From assembly GCA_964016885.1 (NCBI GenBank), contig OZ024743.1, positions 34,348,001-34,412,000 on the forward strand: DNA of 64,000 bases, in the 5' to 3' direction. This stretch comes from Eledone cirrhosa. Lineage: Eukaryota. The position numbers and the translations under genes are program-made. Of this stretch, positions 41,201 through 54,232 are shown piece by piece (position 1 is the first letter of the stretch; each line of letters begins with the position of its first letter). The notes beneath the pieces are model-generated. The model was not told the origin of the DNA, searched no databases, and saw nothing but the letters and a program-made list of their open reading frames with translations.

Positions 41201-41996
41201 CTCTACAGGAAATACATACCGGACATATGGGTATCGAAAAATGCACAGAGCGAGCCAAGGAATGTATATACTGGCCCGGCATTAACGCTCAAATCAAAGA
41301 CATGATTAACACATGCTCATACTGCATCGATTACAAAAATCAACAACCAGCCGAACCACTAATAAATCATGAAATACCTACTACACCATGGACCAAAGTA
41401 GGTACAGACATATTTCACCTGTCTGGAAATTCGTATGTCACAATCATTGACTATACAACAAGATTTTTTGATTTACACGAAATAAATGATTGCCAGTCAA
41501 AAACTGTAATCAAAAGAATAAAAGAAACTTTTGCCAAATTCGGCATTCCACAAACAGTTGTCAGTGACAACGGTCCAGAATTCAATTCGGCTGAATTTAA
41601 AAGATTTGCAAAAAATTGGCATTTTTATCACACGAAAACAAGCCCACATTATCATCAAGCAAATGGCATGGTTGAGAGAAATATACAGACAATAAAAAAG
41701 ACGCTAAAAAAAAACATTCAAAAGTGGCGAAGAACCTCAATTAGCGCTCTTAGCATTACGCACGACTAAATTACAAAATGGTGCACCATCCCCTGCAAAT
41801 CAAATAATGAATAGAACATTGCGAACAAATCTCCCAAACATACTACACGACAAAATTGTTCTCAGGCCACACGAACAGAAGAAATCAAAAACTGCAACAG
41901 AACTCCCAGAGTTAAAACCACACGACACGGTTAGAATTAAGTTCGATAACAATTGGTTTAGAAAGGGCAAAATAATTAAAAAACTAGAACAACCTT
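38246..41996 (+). pseudogene. gag-pol polyprotein, frameshifted
   Basis: Zn knuckles CHYCGYNH..C and CEKCKKKGHYAKMC; protease IDTGA; RT LDAS..GYW, RLPYG, SQDD; RNase H TDAS..DHKPL; integrase HTGH..CSYC, SDNGPEF, NGMVER. Confidence 0.95.
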
Positions 41997-42124
41997 AGTA
42001 TAATACAGTATATCGTATTGTTAACACGTCTTTTCAGTCTCTCTCACGTTCTTGATCTTTCATACTAAGTACTCACTATTTCCTTTCATACACAACATAT
42101 ATATAAATCCATATAACAACAACA
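41997..42124 (+). repeat. truncated 3' LTR (128 bp)
   Basis: Matches 38064-38191 with one visible mismatch. Confidence 0.92.
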
Positions 42125-42554
42125 ATCCTCACCCGTCATTTGCTGCTCTATCTCCAGCTGTGTTTAATCAATCTAAATTAGAAGAAATAGGGATTCAATG
42201 AGGCAAAGTAAAAACATTCGAGTGATAAAGAATATTTCCCGAAGAAAGTCCAATTGAGGGATCAGATTTCTGGTGCAAAGCAACAACACTTAACAATGCA
42301 GGTGATGGACCTGGATTGCCAGATTTGTCAGAATATATATTGATTGTTTAAAACCTGCCTCTATATAAAGTCGTGGTTAGTAGCGTGCTCTCAAAGCTTA
42401 CCTTGAAAAGCTATTAACTATCTTAGAATTCTGGGGTCTTTTAACCACCGCATAAAATGTTTTTACCACAGAGCCTCTATATATCGAATTCAATGTATTT
42501 ATATTTAGGGCAATAATGCTAATTACATCGGAATCCATACATGAACATTCTTAG

Positions 42555-42990
42555 AATATGGCACCCACCAAGGAGAAACCTTTGTCATGTCAGGTTAATT
42601 GTGCAGAATATTCTCAACTCTCTCACGGGATATGCTAATAGCTTTGGCTTTTTGATTTATAGTCAATCTCCTGTCATCTATTATCGATCAATGTGAACCA
42701 AATCAATGTTTTCCTCGATAGCGGCAGTTTCAGGATGTCCAGACCCTGGGGCATCTTCAAGACTCTCCCTTCGCCTCCTAAAATCTGCTGCCCACTTTTG
42801 CCCTAATTCAGCAACTATGTCAGCATGGCTAAACCCCTTTTCTGCAGGTACTCGATAACAGCATGATGTCCAGTTTAATCCATTTTCAAGAGAAGTCACT
42901 ACTAGTTACTTTTGAAGTCTTCTTTGAATAGTCATATTTAAATTTACCTGGAAAGAAGCAATGCAGTTATTAATAAGAGTTGATGCGAAA
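42555..42990 (-). pseudogene. mariner transposase N-terminal fragment
   Basis: QKWAADFRRRRESLEDAPGSGHP..EENID, then in another frame DDRRLTINQKAKAISISRERVENILHN..MTKVSPWWVP. Confidence 0.85.
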
Positions 42991-43117
42991 TCACACCGAC
43001 AAAATTTATTCTATCCAGAACTGACAGGACAGACACACAAATATTGTGTTTATGTATATATATATATATATATAAACACAGTATTCGTGTGTCACTATAT
43101 TTGTGTGTATATATATA

Positions 43118-43175
<58 letters not shown>

Positions 43176-43392
43176 TGGAGGACTAGGTCTAAAAATATTG
43201 GTTGCCAGAAGATGAAGAAGACCCACCTATATATAGAATGCTAACATTTAATTTTTATAATGAATAAGTGGAAACAAAACAGTGCAATCAAATTTTTGTG
43301 GAAAAATATCTTACCTTCTCCAATGAAAAATATATATTTTGCGAAATTCAGAGATTTTCAATAATAACCAGAAGCCGACCCTACATATTACT

Positions 43393-43775
43393 AATAGCTC
43401 TAGGAAAGCCATGAACGACACCACAGCTTTTTAACTTTCATTTTGAAAGTAGGTTTATAATTATCTATTTTCATTATGTAGCTGTCTCGGTGGCCTAGTT
43501 GGAGGAATCGTGGACGGTGGTGATCCTAGTCTGAAGTTCGATCCTGGTCGGGACTAGGGTTCCCAGTAAACTTTTTCAGTTTTTTCTATTGGTTGTAAAA
43601 TAAAAACCTTGACCAGGATTGAACCCAAGGCGAGGATCTCTACCGTCTCTAGTATCTACCACTAGGCCACATAGACAACTACGAAAATCTTATGAAAATT
43701 CATACTTATAAACCTACTTTCAAAATTTTCGAAACGAAGTGTTGTGGTGTCGTTCATGTCTTTCTTAATGTTATT
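43393..43775. mobile_element. ~380-bp imperfect palindrome with two convergent tRNA-like heads
   Basis: Arms ggaaagccatgaacgacaccaca / tgtggtgtcgttcatgtctttc and attttgaaagtaggtttataa / ttataaacctactttcaaaat. Each arm has A-box gtggcctagt(t)gg and B-box gttc(g/a)atcc. Confidence 0.75.
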
Positions 43776-44934
43776 GCTCCTACTTAAGGTCTATATTTTA
43801 ACCTGTAATCCATGTTTCATTTCTGTTGCACCTCATTTCTCCCCCTCTCTCTTTCTCTCTGTGATATTTGAATCTACTCGCCCCAACGCCATCCTAGAAT
43901 ATGGAGTATTTAGGTGTCAGTAAAAAAATTGTTTTATCTGGAACCAGTTCGAATCTCTAGAGTCACTTTTGTCCCCAAATTTGAAAATTGATAACAAAAA
44001 GTATTGGAGTTACGTTGCCTTAGCAACATTATCTTTGTGGGACTATGCCACATGAACCTTTTATCGGTCCAATAATTTCTTACTCAGGCAGGACAGACAC
44101 ACTGGCACAGACCAAGACGACTACAGATCATAGCAGTACTCAATACCTGTTTAGGGACAGGGTTGTTGGTAGTAAGTAGTAAACTCCAAACGTGAACTTG
44201 AATTGTTCAGCCAATCACAATTACTCTAATATGTGGTCGATGGCCATCATTCTGCCGCCTGAAAGCTTTCAAATGTTAAGTGAATTTTTATGTTACGCTA
44301 TTATTTCTTCGATGAAAAATATTATTACATTTCGTAATCAGAGCTAGAAACGATTTGTTGAATTTTAGGCAATATTTCATGTTGTAGGATAACCTAAAAT
44401 TATTCATTGATTGGGTATACAGTCCTGATAAAACATTTCAATGACTTTAAGGACAGTCGTCGCTCAGTAATCTTTTTAATGTGAAATTAATGAAGATGCA
44501 TATCTATCAATGGTTAATCAATTAAACGTTAATTTAAATGGTGACTTTTCTTGGCGAATAGAATAAGTTTATGCTAATTAATCCGTGGAATATGTTGTGT
44601 AAGGGTCTGGTGCAAAATACAAAGTTTACTAGCGATTGCTAAATGCATAGCTCATGAAAATTGTTGGTACATTAAGTATATGTTAACAGTTTTTACTTCT
44701 TTCATAATTTTATTGGAGCAAAGAAATACTTATCATTTTCGTTTGTAGTTCATCCAACAACCAATTTTAAGAATGCAATTAATATAAGCTCGTGAAAAAG
44801 GATGGTGTTACTGGGTCAATATTGTGATGGTATACACTAGTCTTAAGAAAATAGAATTGATATGTATATGTGTTTATATATATATATATTTTTATACTTG
44901 GGTAGGGTGATATTGTTGTAATAATATTGCAGAA

Positions 44935-44993
<59 letters not shown>

Positions 44994-44996
<3 letters not shown>

Positions 44997-45150
44997 GTAA
45001 TAATGAAATTGTGAAGACTAAAATCCAAAGAGAGCTCGATAAGGATAAATATATATCAAATATATAAGAATCCTATAACAAATATTTATTAAAATAACAG
45101 ATTAAAGTTTAAGCAAAGAATCGTGAAGGGTGAAAGCAGCGATTCTTTGC
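44994..45150. mobile_element. fold-back fragment of the Naiad-type PLE 3' end
   Basis: Inverted tail, then agcaaagaatcg...aagggtgaaagcagcgattctttgct. Confidence 0.75.
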
Positions 45151-45252
45151 TTTGCAAACAGGCAAACAGAAGGCAAACAGAAATAACAACACAATCGGTA
45201 CAGTATATGGAAGGAATATATTAGGTTAATGCTTGAAATGGTAGGAAGAGTG

Positions 45253-45288
45253 TCTTAACGTTTCGGACGCTAGTCCTTCATCAGAAGA
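45253..45288 (-). ncRNA. minimal type I hammerhead ribozyme
   Basis: Minus strand: TCTT-CTGATGA-A-GGAC-TAGC-GTCC-GAAA-CG-T-T-AAGA; paralog of 8113-8148. Confidence 0.85.
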
Positions 45289-46690
45289 AAGAATGAGAAA
45301 TTAGAAAGTTTGAAGGGACAGGCAGGATGGAATTTGAAAAAAATGTTTTAGAGAGAGAGGGGGAGTGAGAGAGAGAGGGAGTGAGAGAGAGAGGGCGAGA
45401 GGGAGAGAGAGTGAGAGGAAGAGGGGGAGAGAGAAAGAGAGAGATGTATTACAGAGCTTTAATAATTATTATACAAGTCCTACAAATCACATGTACTGAG
45501 AAAATACTTCATATTTTTGTATTAATTTTAATCCTTTTAGTAAAAAAAAAAAACTATCAAAGAACATTAGTAATATTTAGTGTGAACAGCTTTGTTCATT
45601 GTATTTACATTTACTATGGACAATAGCTGAAGATGACCAGCATGGACAAGTGTCATTTTAGATATATATATATCAGTTGTGAGTTAATTTTAGTTCTTGC
45701 ATTAATTTTATTTTGTGACCATGGAATACAACGTATTTAGATTCATTAACGAAGGATTTGGAGGATTTACTAAACTTATCGACCGAAACAAATCGAGCGT
45801 TTGTTTGTTATTAACTCGGGGATGGAAAAAAAATTCGTTATACTGAAAAATTCGTTATAATCGTATTCGTTTACCTGTAAATGAAAATGTGTTAGAAGTT
45901 TTTAATTTAAATACAAACCCTTTAAAATAAGTTGTTTCGTTTCATAGAGCCAGATATGGTTTTAGGCAGGTTGTTATCAAATTGATTAAATACTGTAGAA
46001 AGGTATGTTTATATATGGATGGTCTTCAACCTTCACCCTCAACGTCTGATTCCTCACCAACAGATACACAGATGTATCCCCGTTCTGACAACTTAGGCAT
46101 CTACTTTGTTCTGTGGATCAAAGTCTAAAAACATTACTGCTTGATGCTTGAAAAGTTGTTTACAATTCCATTCAACTTATGTCTGCAGTTGCCTGTTTTG
46201 CAGTTGCTGATGGTGAGTTCCAAAACCGGAAACTTAGCATACAAATGAAATTTGTCAAGTACGAATGATGCTTGGAAGCAGGATTTCTCCCCGTCGAATT
46301 TTTTTCTTAAATTACATAATAATAATTATTATTATCGAGGTTAACTTTGCCTTTCATCCTTACGGGATAATTACTGGCCTTGTGCCAAATGTAGAAATAA
46401 TTATTATCATAGAAGAAGAAAAAGAAGAAGAAGAAGAAGAAGAAGAAGGGATATATATTCACAGCATCAAAGGAAGTAGTGTATTATGATAGGGTTATCA
46501 CACTTCTCATTGCAGCAACGTTTAACATAGTTAATATCTGGTCAATAACCGTGCCACTATCCCTGTTATGAAAATATTAATGGCAGCGATGAAAGTTGAG
46601 TTTATCATGAGGTTGATACGTAGATGGCGGAAAAGCTTACTAATTGTATCAGACACTGTCAGTTCTGGAATAGATTTATATTATTTATCG

Positions 46691-46797
<107 letters not shown>

Positions 46798-46947
46798 TAG
46801 ATACATATATATATACAAATACATACATACTTAGATAATACATACATGCATACGTACGTACATACATATATAGATGCATACATACATACATACATACATA
46901 CATACATACATACATACATACATACATACATACATACATACATACAT

Positions 46948-47555
46948 GCGGTGGCTGCCAACTCGTTTTCGAGTACGGCCACTACTTTATATCCATGTAG
47001 GAGAACCCTACCGATGCGCTGAACGAGTGTGACATTTTAGTCCAGCCAGCGACTTGAAAACTCTGGTACAAACACTACACTTGTGACAATTATTGACACA
47101 TAGTGCTGGGCCCATGGTACCATGTGACGACAAGTGCAGAGAGATCTCCAGATATAAAGCAATGCCTGTGTCGTGAAGCTTTTATAGTGAGCAAAGGCAC
47201 TGCACAAAGCCAGTCCCACTCTCTTAACCAAGATGATATTTACCAAAAAGAAGAACAAGTCAACATCATTGGATACCATCAGGGTTGCAGGTGTAATATC
47301 AGAGTTTTCCTTCTCCTAGAATTCTGCCTTGACAAAGGGTAAGGAGTCATCTCTCCCGGTGATTTTGGATGGCCATTGACTCTTAAGAGCTCCTTTGCCC
47401 TTTGACAGGTTTTGTTTTTAGTCCTGCAGGATGTCCAAAGTTACCCTCCTCACCAAGAAACCTTGGTGGGGTTGCCAGTTTAGTCGCCAACGACGCGACC
47501 GTGAGATAGGTTGTACTGGGATACATGTTACCAGTAGCACCAACTGGTGACCTGA
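46948..47555 (-). mobile_element. GC-richer insert between (CATA)n tracts, possibly a LINE (RTE-like) UTR-derived element
   Basis: Flanked on both sides by (CATA)n. Minus strand has gcgtcgttggcgactaaactgg and nested hairpins. Confidence 0.35.
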
Positions 47556-47749
47556 CATACATACATACATACATACATACATACATACATACATACATAC
47601 ATACATACATACATACATACACACACACTGTTGAGCCATAATTGGGTTACTTTTAAGTAATGTAAATAGAGAAGATACCCTACTGAGCTATCACATAGGC
47701 ATTTAATGTAAGTTAGAAATGCTACCCGCTTGCATTAAAACTTTCTAAT

Positions 47750-48070
47750 TCGGGCACCGAGACAACAATTTTGAGCGGAAAGTAAAGTTGATTATATCGA
47801 TCCCAGTATATGGCTGCGAAATGTGGTGAATTGGCAGTATCGGTAGAGGGTTGGACACCATGCTTTCTAGTATAGTTACGTCCCTTTACAGTCTGAGTTC
47901 AAATCCCGTCAAGGTTAACTTTACCTTTCATCCTTACGGGGTCGATAAAATAAAGTCCCAGTAATGTACTGGGTAATTGCTGGCATTGTGCCAAAAGTAG
48001 ACACAATTATTTTATCAACCTCGGAAGGATGAAAGGGAAAGTTGACATCAGAGAGATTTGAATTCAGAAT
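47750..48070. mobile_element. young SINE A (+, 47822-48011) inserted into an older minus-strand SINE A
   Basis: Minus-strand 3' part lies left of the plus copy; tttatcaacc..ggatgaaagggaaag..gatttgaattcag lies right of it. Confidence 0.8.
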
Positions 48071-48574
48071 GTAAATAGGGAGGGGGGAGCATGGGTTGAC
48101 CCTCGATTTTTAGCAGCCTTGGATCTTTCTTCTGTGAGATTTGGGATTTTTTCTTTTCTAGGTTTTAATGTTTTTTTTCGAACGATCTGATATCTGACTT
48201 AAACGCCAACGACTCCTTTTAATGAAAACGGAGGCGACGTGTGAAGGGAACCCTCGGAGTTACAGATAAGTATCTCTCAGTCAATTATATTCATGGAAAA
48301 GCACCCACTGGGGATCGCGAAGAAGTTGTTTTCCTATGTTTTTCTGTTTTCGACTTGGTCCGTAATCGCCTTCTTTTCCGAAAACGGGATGAGGCAGGCC
48401 CTAGGACTTTCCCGGCCTCGTAGATTTTTTCAGTGGGAATAACAGAGGCGGGAAGGGAGTGAGGACCCTCAGAGTTACAGATAAGCACCTCTCAGCCCAT
48501 TAAATGTATAGAAAAGCAATCCTTGATACTGAAGACTGTTTTGGTCTTTTCTCGTTTTCTACTGTTGTAGAATC

Positions 48575-49413
48575 CACCATTCGAAAGATGAGTGAATGTG
48601 TGAAAGAACAATCCTTGTCCCCCAAAACATCACAGTGAATGCCATCAACAAATCTCTCACAAATTATCGATGGGGGTAACCAGACCTATAAATTTATAGA
48701 CAAAGTTGTCGACGAAGACGAAACTGTTCATTATCCTGTTGAATTTCTCAACAGTCTGGAATAATCTGGTATGCTGCTACACAACCTTGAATTGAAGAAG
48801 GGCAAGTTATCATGCTTCTCAGAAATTTAGATTACCCATGATTGTGCAATGGGACGCGTATTGCTGTGATTGAGCTATAACCTCACATAATCGAAGCCAA
48901 AATCTTCACTAGATGTGGTGAGGGTGACATCATATTCCTATCTATAATACCGCTAATACCCACAGATGTCTCATTTCGTTTCAAACAATTGCAATTCCCA
49001 GTGAGAGTCAGTTATACAATGACAATTAACAAGTCCCAACGTTAAACACTGTAACTTATCGGACTCCATCTAGAAGAGGGCTGTTTCTCACATGGTCAAT
49101 GGTATGTAGGTTGTCCCGGAGTAGGATGCTCCAACAAACTCTTTATATATGCTCCAACGAAAAAAGTTAAAAACAGTGTATATTACTAAAGTTCTGTGAA
49201 TATTTTATAGTTTTCGTAGAATACATTTTTCTATTAGTTTCTTATTAGTTTCTGTATTTAGATATACAAAATATATTTTTTAAATTGTTATGCAATATTT
49301 AAATACCTTTTAACATCTTGAAAGAAAATGGGCATTACGATAGATGCCTATAGGTACCTTATAATTATATTTGAGCACATAACTGACCGGGGCGAAGGCC
49401 GGGAGGCCTCTAG
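48575..49413 (+). mobile_element. Helitron 3' fragment with decayed PIF1-like helicase and 3' terminus
   Basis: PKNxxVNAIN-like, YPVEFLNSL, MLLRNL, LCNGTR, FKQLQFPVRVSYTMTINKSQ, CFSHGQWYVG; terminal hairpin ccggggcgaaggccggg then CTAG|T at 49410-49413. Confidence 0.9.
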
Positions 49414-49612
49414 TATCTGTTTATAATATAAACAAATACTGAGGTAACAGCACAACTTAATATATATTAAAATTAACGGCTAACTCGAGATTTAATAATT
49501 TGCAGTTTAGCAGTCATTGCGTGACTCTACAATAAGTGATATGGCACATAAGCCCATCAGTTGCATATTTCCTTGTGATTGCGTCAACGATATACATATC
49601 TTCAAATAAGAA

Positions 49613-49807
49613 CAGACCTGTCAACTCTACCCGTCCGACGGAAAGATCACCCATCCACTTTGGGGTGGATAAGAGATGTCTTCTCTCGTGAAAATAAGTA
49701 TAGCTCTCATTGTGTAAAATTTCCCAATTTTGCCTCATGTCTCCCCGTTTTGGGGCACTTTTTTTCATAGTACTTCCCATTTGGGGTTTTCGAGGTTGGT
49801 ATGTCTG
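49613..49807 (+). mobile_element. 195-bp MITE with CAGAC termini and 6-bp flanking duplication
   Basis: CAGACCTGTCAAC ... GTTGGTATGTCTG; TAAGAA on both sides. Confidence 0.7.
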
Positions 49808-50674
49808 TAAGAAACCAAAACGGTTCGGAAATCGATTCATGATATTTATCACTTTTTCAATTTACAAGGAAGGGCGGAACATTTGTTATCTTTACATGTT
49901 TATATACTAAATGTGTAAATACATATATAAACATTCACGCAGTCTCGGTTACTTCTGTACTATATATATATATATAATAATAATACTATTTATAGTTATA
50001 CTATAAACAACTATAAACAGGAAAGGTCAGTAATTTCCTTCTACCTTATTACCAGTTAGAGAAATAGCTCAATGTAAGAACATCAGTCGTTTTACAGAGC
50101 AGGAAAATATTGAATACAATAAGACTAATTTACAATCTATTGCTCTAACTAACTTAAAATATTCAATATAAACATTAACTAAATTTAATTCAACATATGT
50201 AATGGAAAAGACTGCAAAAACTTTGTTTCTCAACACACTCAAATTCAAACACTATCAACATACTGCATCCAACATAGATTTTAATACATTAACATATTTG
50301 CTTAAAGTGCAGTATTTACTTATCTCTATATGCATAATAACTTGTTTCCTTCTCATATATATGACTAACGCAGTTGCACTCTCCGCACGCCTGCATATGT
50401 ATTGTTAATGTACTCTTCCTTTCTCAAAACTCATCTCTCAATGCCTCTTTAATTATTGGACTATTCTCTTGTTTTATCTGTTGCATGTATTCCACTCTGT
50501 GCTTTTAATTCGAATTTGAATTTTTGTACAATTATTGTACAATTCTCGTAAAATATATGTCACATCCATTCCACCCTGTAAATACGAAATTGTTGCTCAC
50601 AACATCAATATATATGTATCTATATTATTGTTCAGTTGGATAGGAGGTTCGTTATATGTACAAAAATTAATAAT

Positions 50675-50719
50675 GCTCCGATGACTCCAAACGAGAGTTT
50701 GGAAGAAACGATTGTCAGC
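50675..50719 (+). ncRNA. hammerhead ribozyme with core substitution (CCGATGA)
   Basis: GCT-CCGATGA-C-TCCAAAC-GAGA-GTTTGGA-A-GAAA-CGATTG-TC-AGC. Confidence 0.7.
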
Positions 50720-50909
50720 TATTAAATGATTTGAACACAATTGATTTGATTTGATAATTGTCTAATTTATATATATATATATATATATATCCAGGGAGTG
50801 TAACTTGGAGTTACTGTAGGTTCACCCGAGTGAACACTCGATGTTTAGGTTCACTTCAGTGTCGAGGTGTAGAGTTAGTCGGGTCAGATCGATACGGATC
50901 GAACCTTGA

Positions 50910-50937
50910 ACTGATCAGTGGCGAAACGCGCGTCACC
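50910..50937 (+). ncRNA. 3' half of a hammerhead ribozyme
   Basis: ACTGATCAGTGGC-GAAA-CGCGCG-TC-ACC (palindromic stem III, GUC triplet); no upstream CUGANGA/stem I. Confidence 0.55.
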
Positions 50938-50987
50938 AACCAATAAACGTAATGAAGGAGTAACCAATCGTCCTTGTTATTTTATTT

Positions 50988-51060
<73 letters not shown>

Positions 51061-51633
51061 TATATATAGATATAAATTTATCATATGTGTATTATGTCTA
51101 GATATACATATTAAACATGCAAGCGTTTCGAAACTTGAATGGAAAATATATTCGACTGAATTTAATTCATATGTATGTGTATGTGTGTTTGCGTATGTGT
51201 GTGTGTGTCTGTCTATCTGTGCGTGAGTGTTATAAGCTGTGAAAACGGATATTTCTGTAAGTATGCAATGCATATTTATGAGACTTTGTCCGTGAATTTG
51301 ATGCTCCTGCGAAATATTTCAAAGAAATACATTGATTTTTTATTAATAAAAACAAAATTAAATACAAAATATAACAAGTAATCGTGCAAGCAGTCTAAAG
51401 ATAAACAATGAAAGCAAGGATAAACAATGTGAAGAACAATAGCAACAGCAACACAAAGTAATATGATATAATCTAAGAACTAAACGTAGCAATTAACCTT
51501 CGTATGTGGCTATTAATTGCTGAAAGGGTAAGTTAATAAAATAGATGGAGAGAGTATTATATTATGATAGACAGGCACACCAAGAACACTTTGCTGATAA
51601 TCAACCATAATAACATGTCTTGTGTGTTTCTGT

Positions 51634-51713
<80 letters not shown>

Positions 51714-51731
51714 TATATATATATATATATT

Positions 51732-52028
51732 CAGTGTACCCTCGGCACTCGCGGTCCCGGTTATTCGCGGAATTTCCCTTAGAACCTAACTAATAATTGT
51801 TCGTGGAAACCACCGATTATTCGCGGAATCGTAAATATTTTCCATGATTTTTTTAATGGCTTCTTTCGTGGCAATATTTTTGCTCAATTATCAATAACAA
51901 TATACCGTATTTGCCGTTATATTTTGACGTTTATAGGCATTTTTATGGGTCACGGCCAATATTCACGGTTTTTCACTCTTCTCGGGTGTCCTAGGAACGT
52001 AACTCCCGCGGATACCGAAGGAGAACTG
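51732..52028. mobile_element. pogo/Tigger-like MITE
   Basis: CAGTGTACCCTCGGCACTCGCGG ... CCGCGGATACCGAAGGAGAACTG|TA; internal ttattcgcgg subrepeats. Confidence 0.7.
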
Positions 52029-52099
52029 TATATAAATATTTGTGAGTGTGTGTGTTTGTGTGTATGTGTGTGCGTGTTTGTGTGTATGTGTATATATAA

Positions 52100-52900
52100 T
52101 TCTTTAAAATTTAAACACAAACATACACACAATGCATTTCCTATCTCAGTTATGTTGCTACAATAAGAATTTTGCTTTCCGGTGACGAGGTCATTAGTTA
52201 TAGTTAAACAGGGCTCTAAGGGGGAAATATTCACTATCCCCGTTAATCTCATTACTCACCCTCTGAGACAATATTTAAACGTATTAAACGTGCTTACCAA
52301 AGGTTATTTGTAATGAGGGTCATAGCACTTTTCCTGGACTATAGTTTCCACGACATAGACTTGCTCTTCTTAGTAGCTGCTCAGTGCAAAAAGTACAGAC
52401 CATTAACTATATTTCTTTATCGCCTCGAAGGGCCGGAGTATCCAAATGGCTACTTATTTAGACGGACAAAGACTACTAAATTCTAGCGAACAGAACAAGC
52501 CGTTAGACATGTCACATGACTATAGAAAATCAGTAGCCGTGCGGGGTTGTGCTAAAGCGTTAAATTCAAAATATGATATATCAAGAATTTAGATCTCAAC
52601 CAATTTTAAAAATAAATTTAAAAAAAAACAGAATTGTAAGGAAATACAGAGGTAATTGAATAATGAAAATACATTTACTTCTAATTTACATGCTGGTCTG
52701 TTACTTGGGAAAATATCCAGTAAGCCCCGTTAGTCTAATTACTCATTCAATAAGACAAGATTTAAACGTATTAAACATGCAAAACTGTACCCAGAGTGCT
52801 GACCAAAGGTTATTTGTAATGAGTGTAATTGCACATTTTCTCGGACCATGTTTTCCACGATATAGACTGATCAAGGTAGTGCATGTGCAACTTGCTCTTC
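52100..52900. repeat. interspersed repeat with internal duplication
   Basis: 52100-52190 matches ~35792-35885; ~52236-52370 matches ~52725-52900. Confidence 0.6.
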
Positions 52901-53082
52901 TCAGTGGCCAAATTGACAACTTGCGGAAATTCCAACTTTCTCAGCGAAACGCTCGTATTTGACAGTTGAGAATGTTGTGAATTTAACCAAATTTTGGATA
53001 CTACAACTCATCCCTTGACTTGAGCGCTCTGCCAACTTTGGATAAAAAATTGTTTTTATGAAATTCGCTACACTACATATAC

Positions 53083-53198
<116 letters not shown>

Positions 53199-53292
53199 TT
53201 GCGCGTGCATGTGTGATCTTGTGTGTTGATATGCGTGTGTGTGCATATATATGACAGAAGCAATTTAGCGAAGTATATGTCTGATGGATAAG

Positions 53293-53450
53293 CAGCGAAT
53301 TGGCAGAGTCGTTAGAACGTTGGATAGAATGCTTTGTGATATTTGTTCCGCTTCTCTACTCTCTCAGTTCAAATCCCGCCGAGATCCAACTTTGCCTTTC
53401 ACCATTTCGAGGTCGATAAAAAAGTACCAGTCTAATACTGAGATCGATTT
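53293..53450 (+). mobile_element. old SINE family A copy
   Basis: gaattggcagagtcgttagaac...gttcaaatcccgccgag...tttgcctttcaccatttcgaggtcgataaaaaagtaccag. Confidence 0.8.
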
Positions 53451-53793
53451 TTCTGCTCTCTGGAGGAAATCTGCTGTACTCAGGCCTGGAGATGGGCTCC
53501 GCCAGGCTTAAAATTTCCTGGAAACGCCGTATGTCAATACTGCGCCCCTACGACTCTATCAATAGTTAGGGGATCGTACCTGATACCAGATACCAGATAT
53601 TTATTTATTAACTCACTACAATCAGAAGTATCCATTAAAATATGAAAAGTTCTATTGGCACTAGGTTTAATGCAAGGAAAGTTGGAAATATAACTTTGGC
53701 AAAGGTTTTATGGGTGAAAGTGAAAATAACTCGCATTAGTAAAAATCAAGGTTAGTGGGGAGAGATTATCAGCTACACTACGGTGTATTGCCC

Positions 53794-53904
<111 letters not shown>

Positions 53905-54067
53905 CTCATATTAGGAAGCAACTGATGATTCACGCCATTCGTTCTTGAACTCTTTCGTCGCGGGTGAAGGTTCAAATAACGTCGGGCTAAATGAATTTTG
54001 AAGGGAAGAAACCCGTGCGATGATTGTTATTGGTAGGGAATAAATGGATCTGATGTTGCGTTGTGAC

Positions 54068-54232
54068 CAATGCTGGATTTACCATTGTGCTTAGGTGTGC
54101 TTAAGCACAGGGCCCCGTTGGCCAGGGAGGCCCATCTTCCTGTCAAAAAAATGTTTACGTGCTTCAGGGCCCAAGTATGGGGCCTCATAACATAACTAGC
54201 ACAGGGCCTCATTTGTCCTAAATCCGGAACTG
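54068..54232. mobile_element. hAT-type MITE
   Basis: CAATGCTGGATTTA ... TAAATCCGGAACTG; 8-bp TSD GTTGTGAC/GTTGTAAC (one mismatch). Confidence 0.8.

Larger units (their letters stand above)
37952..42124 (+). mobile_element. Ty3/Gypsy LTR retrotransposon (Mag-like), 3' internal deletion
   Basis: TGTT...AACA termini, 5-bp TSD ATCCT (37947-37951, 42125-42129), PBS TGGTGTCAGA at 38192, gag-PR-RT-RH-IN order. Confidence 0.95.

Noticed and set aside
43860-44140. Helentron/DINE-1-like element
   Set aside because: Only generic motifs; no termini identifiable
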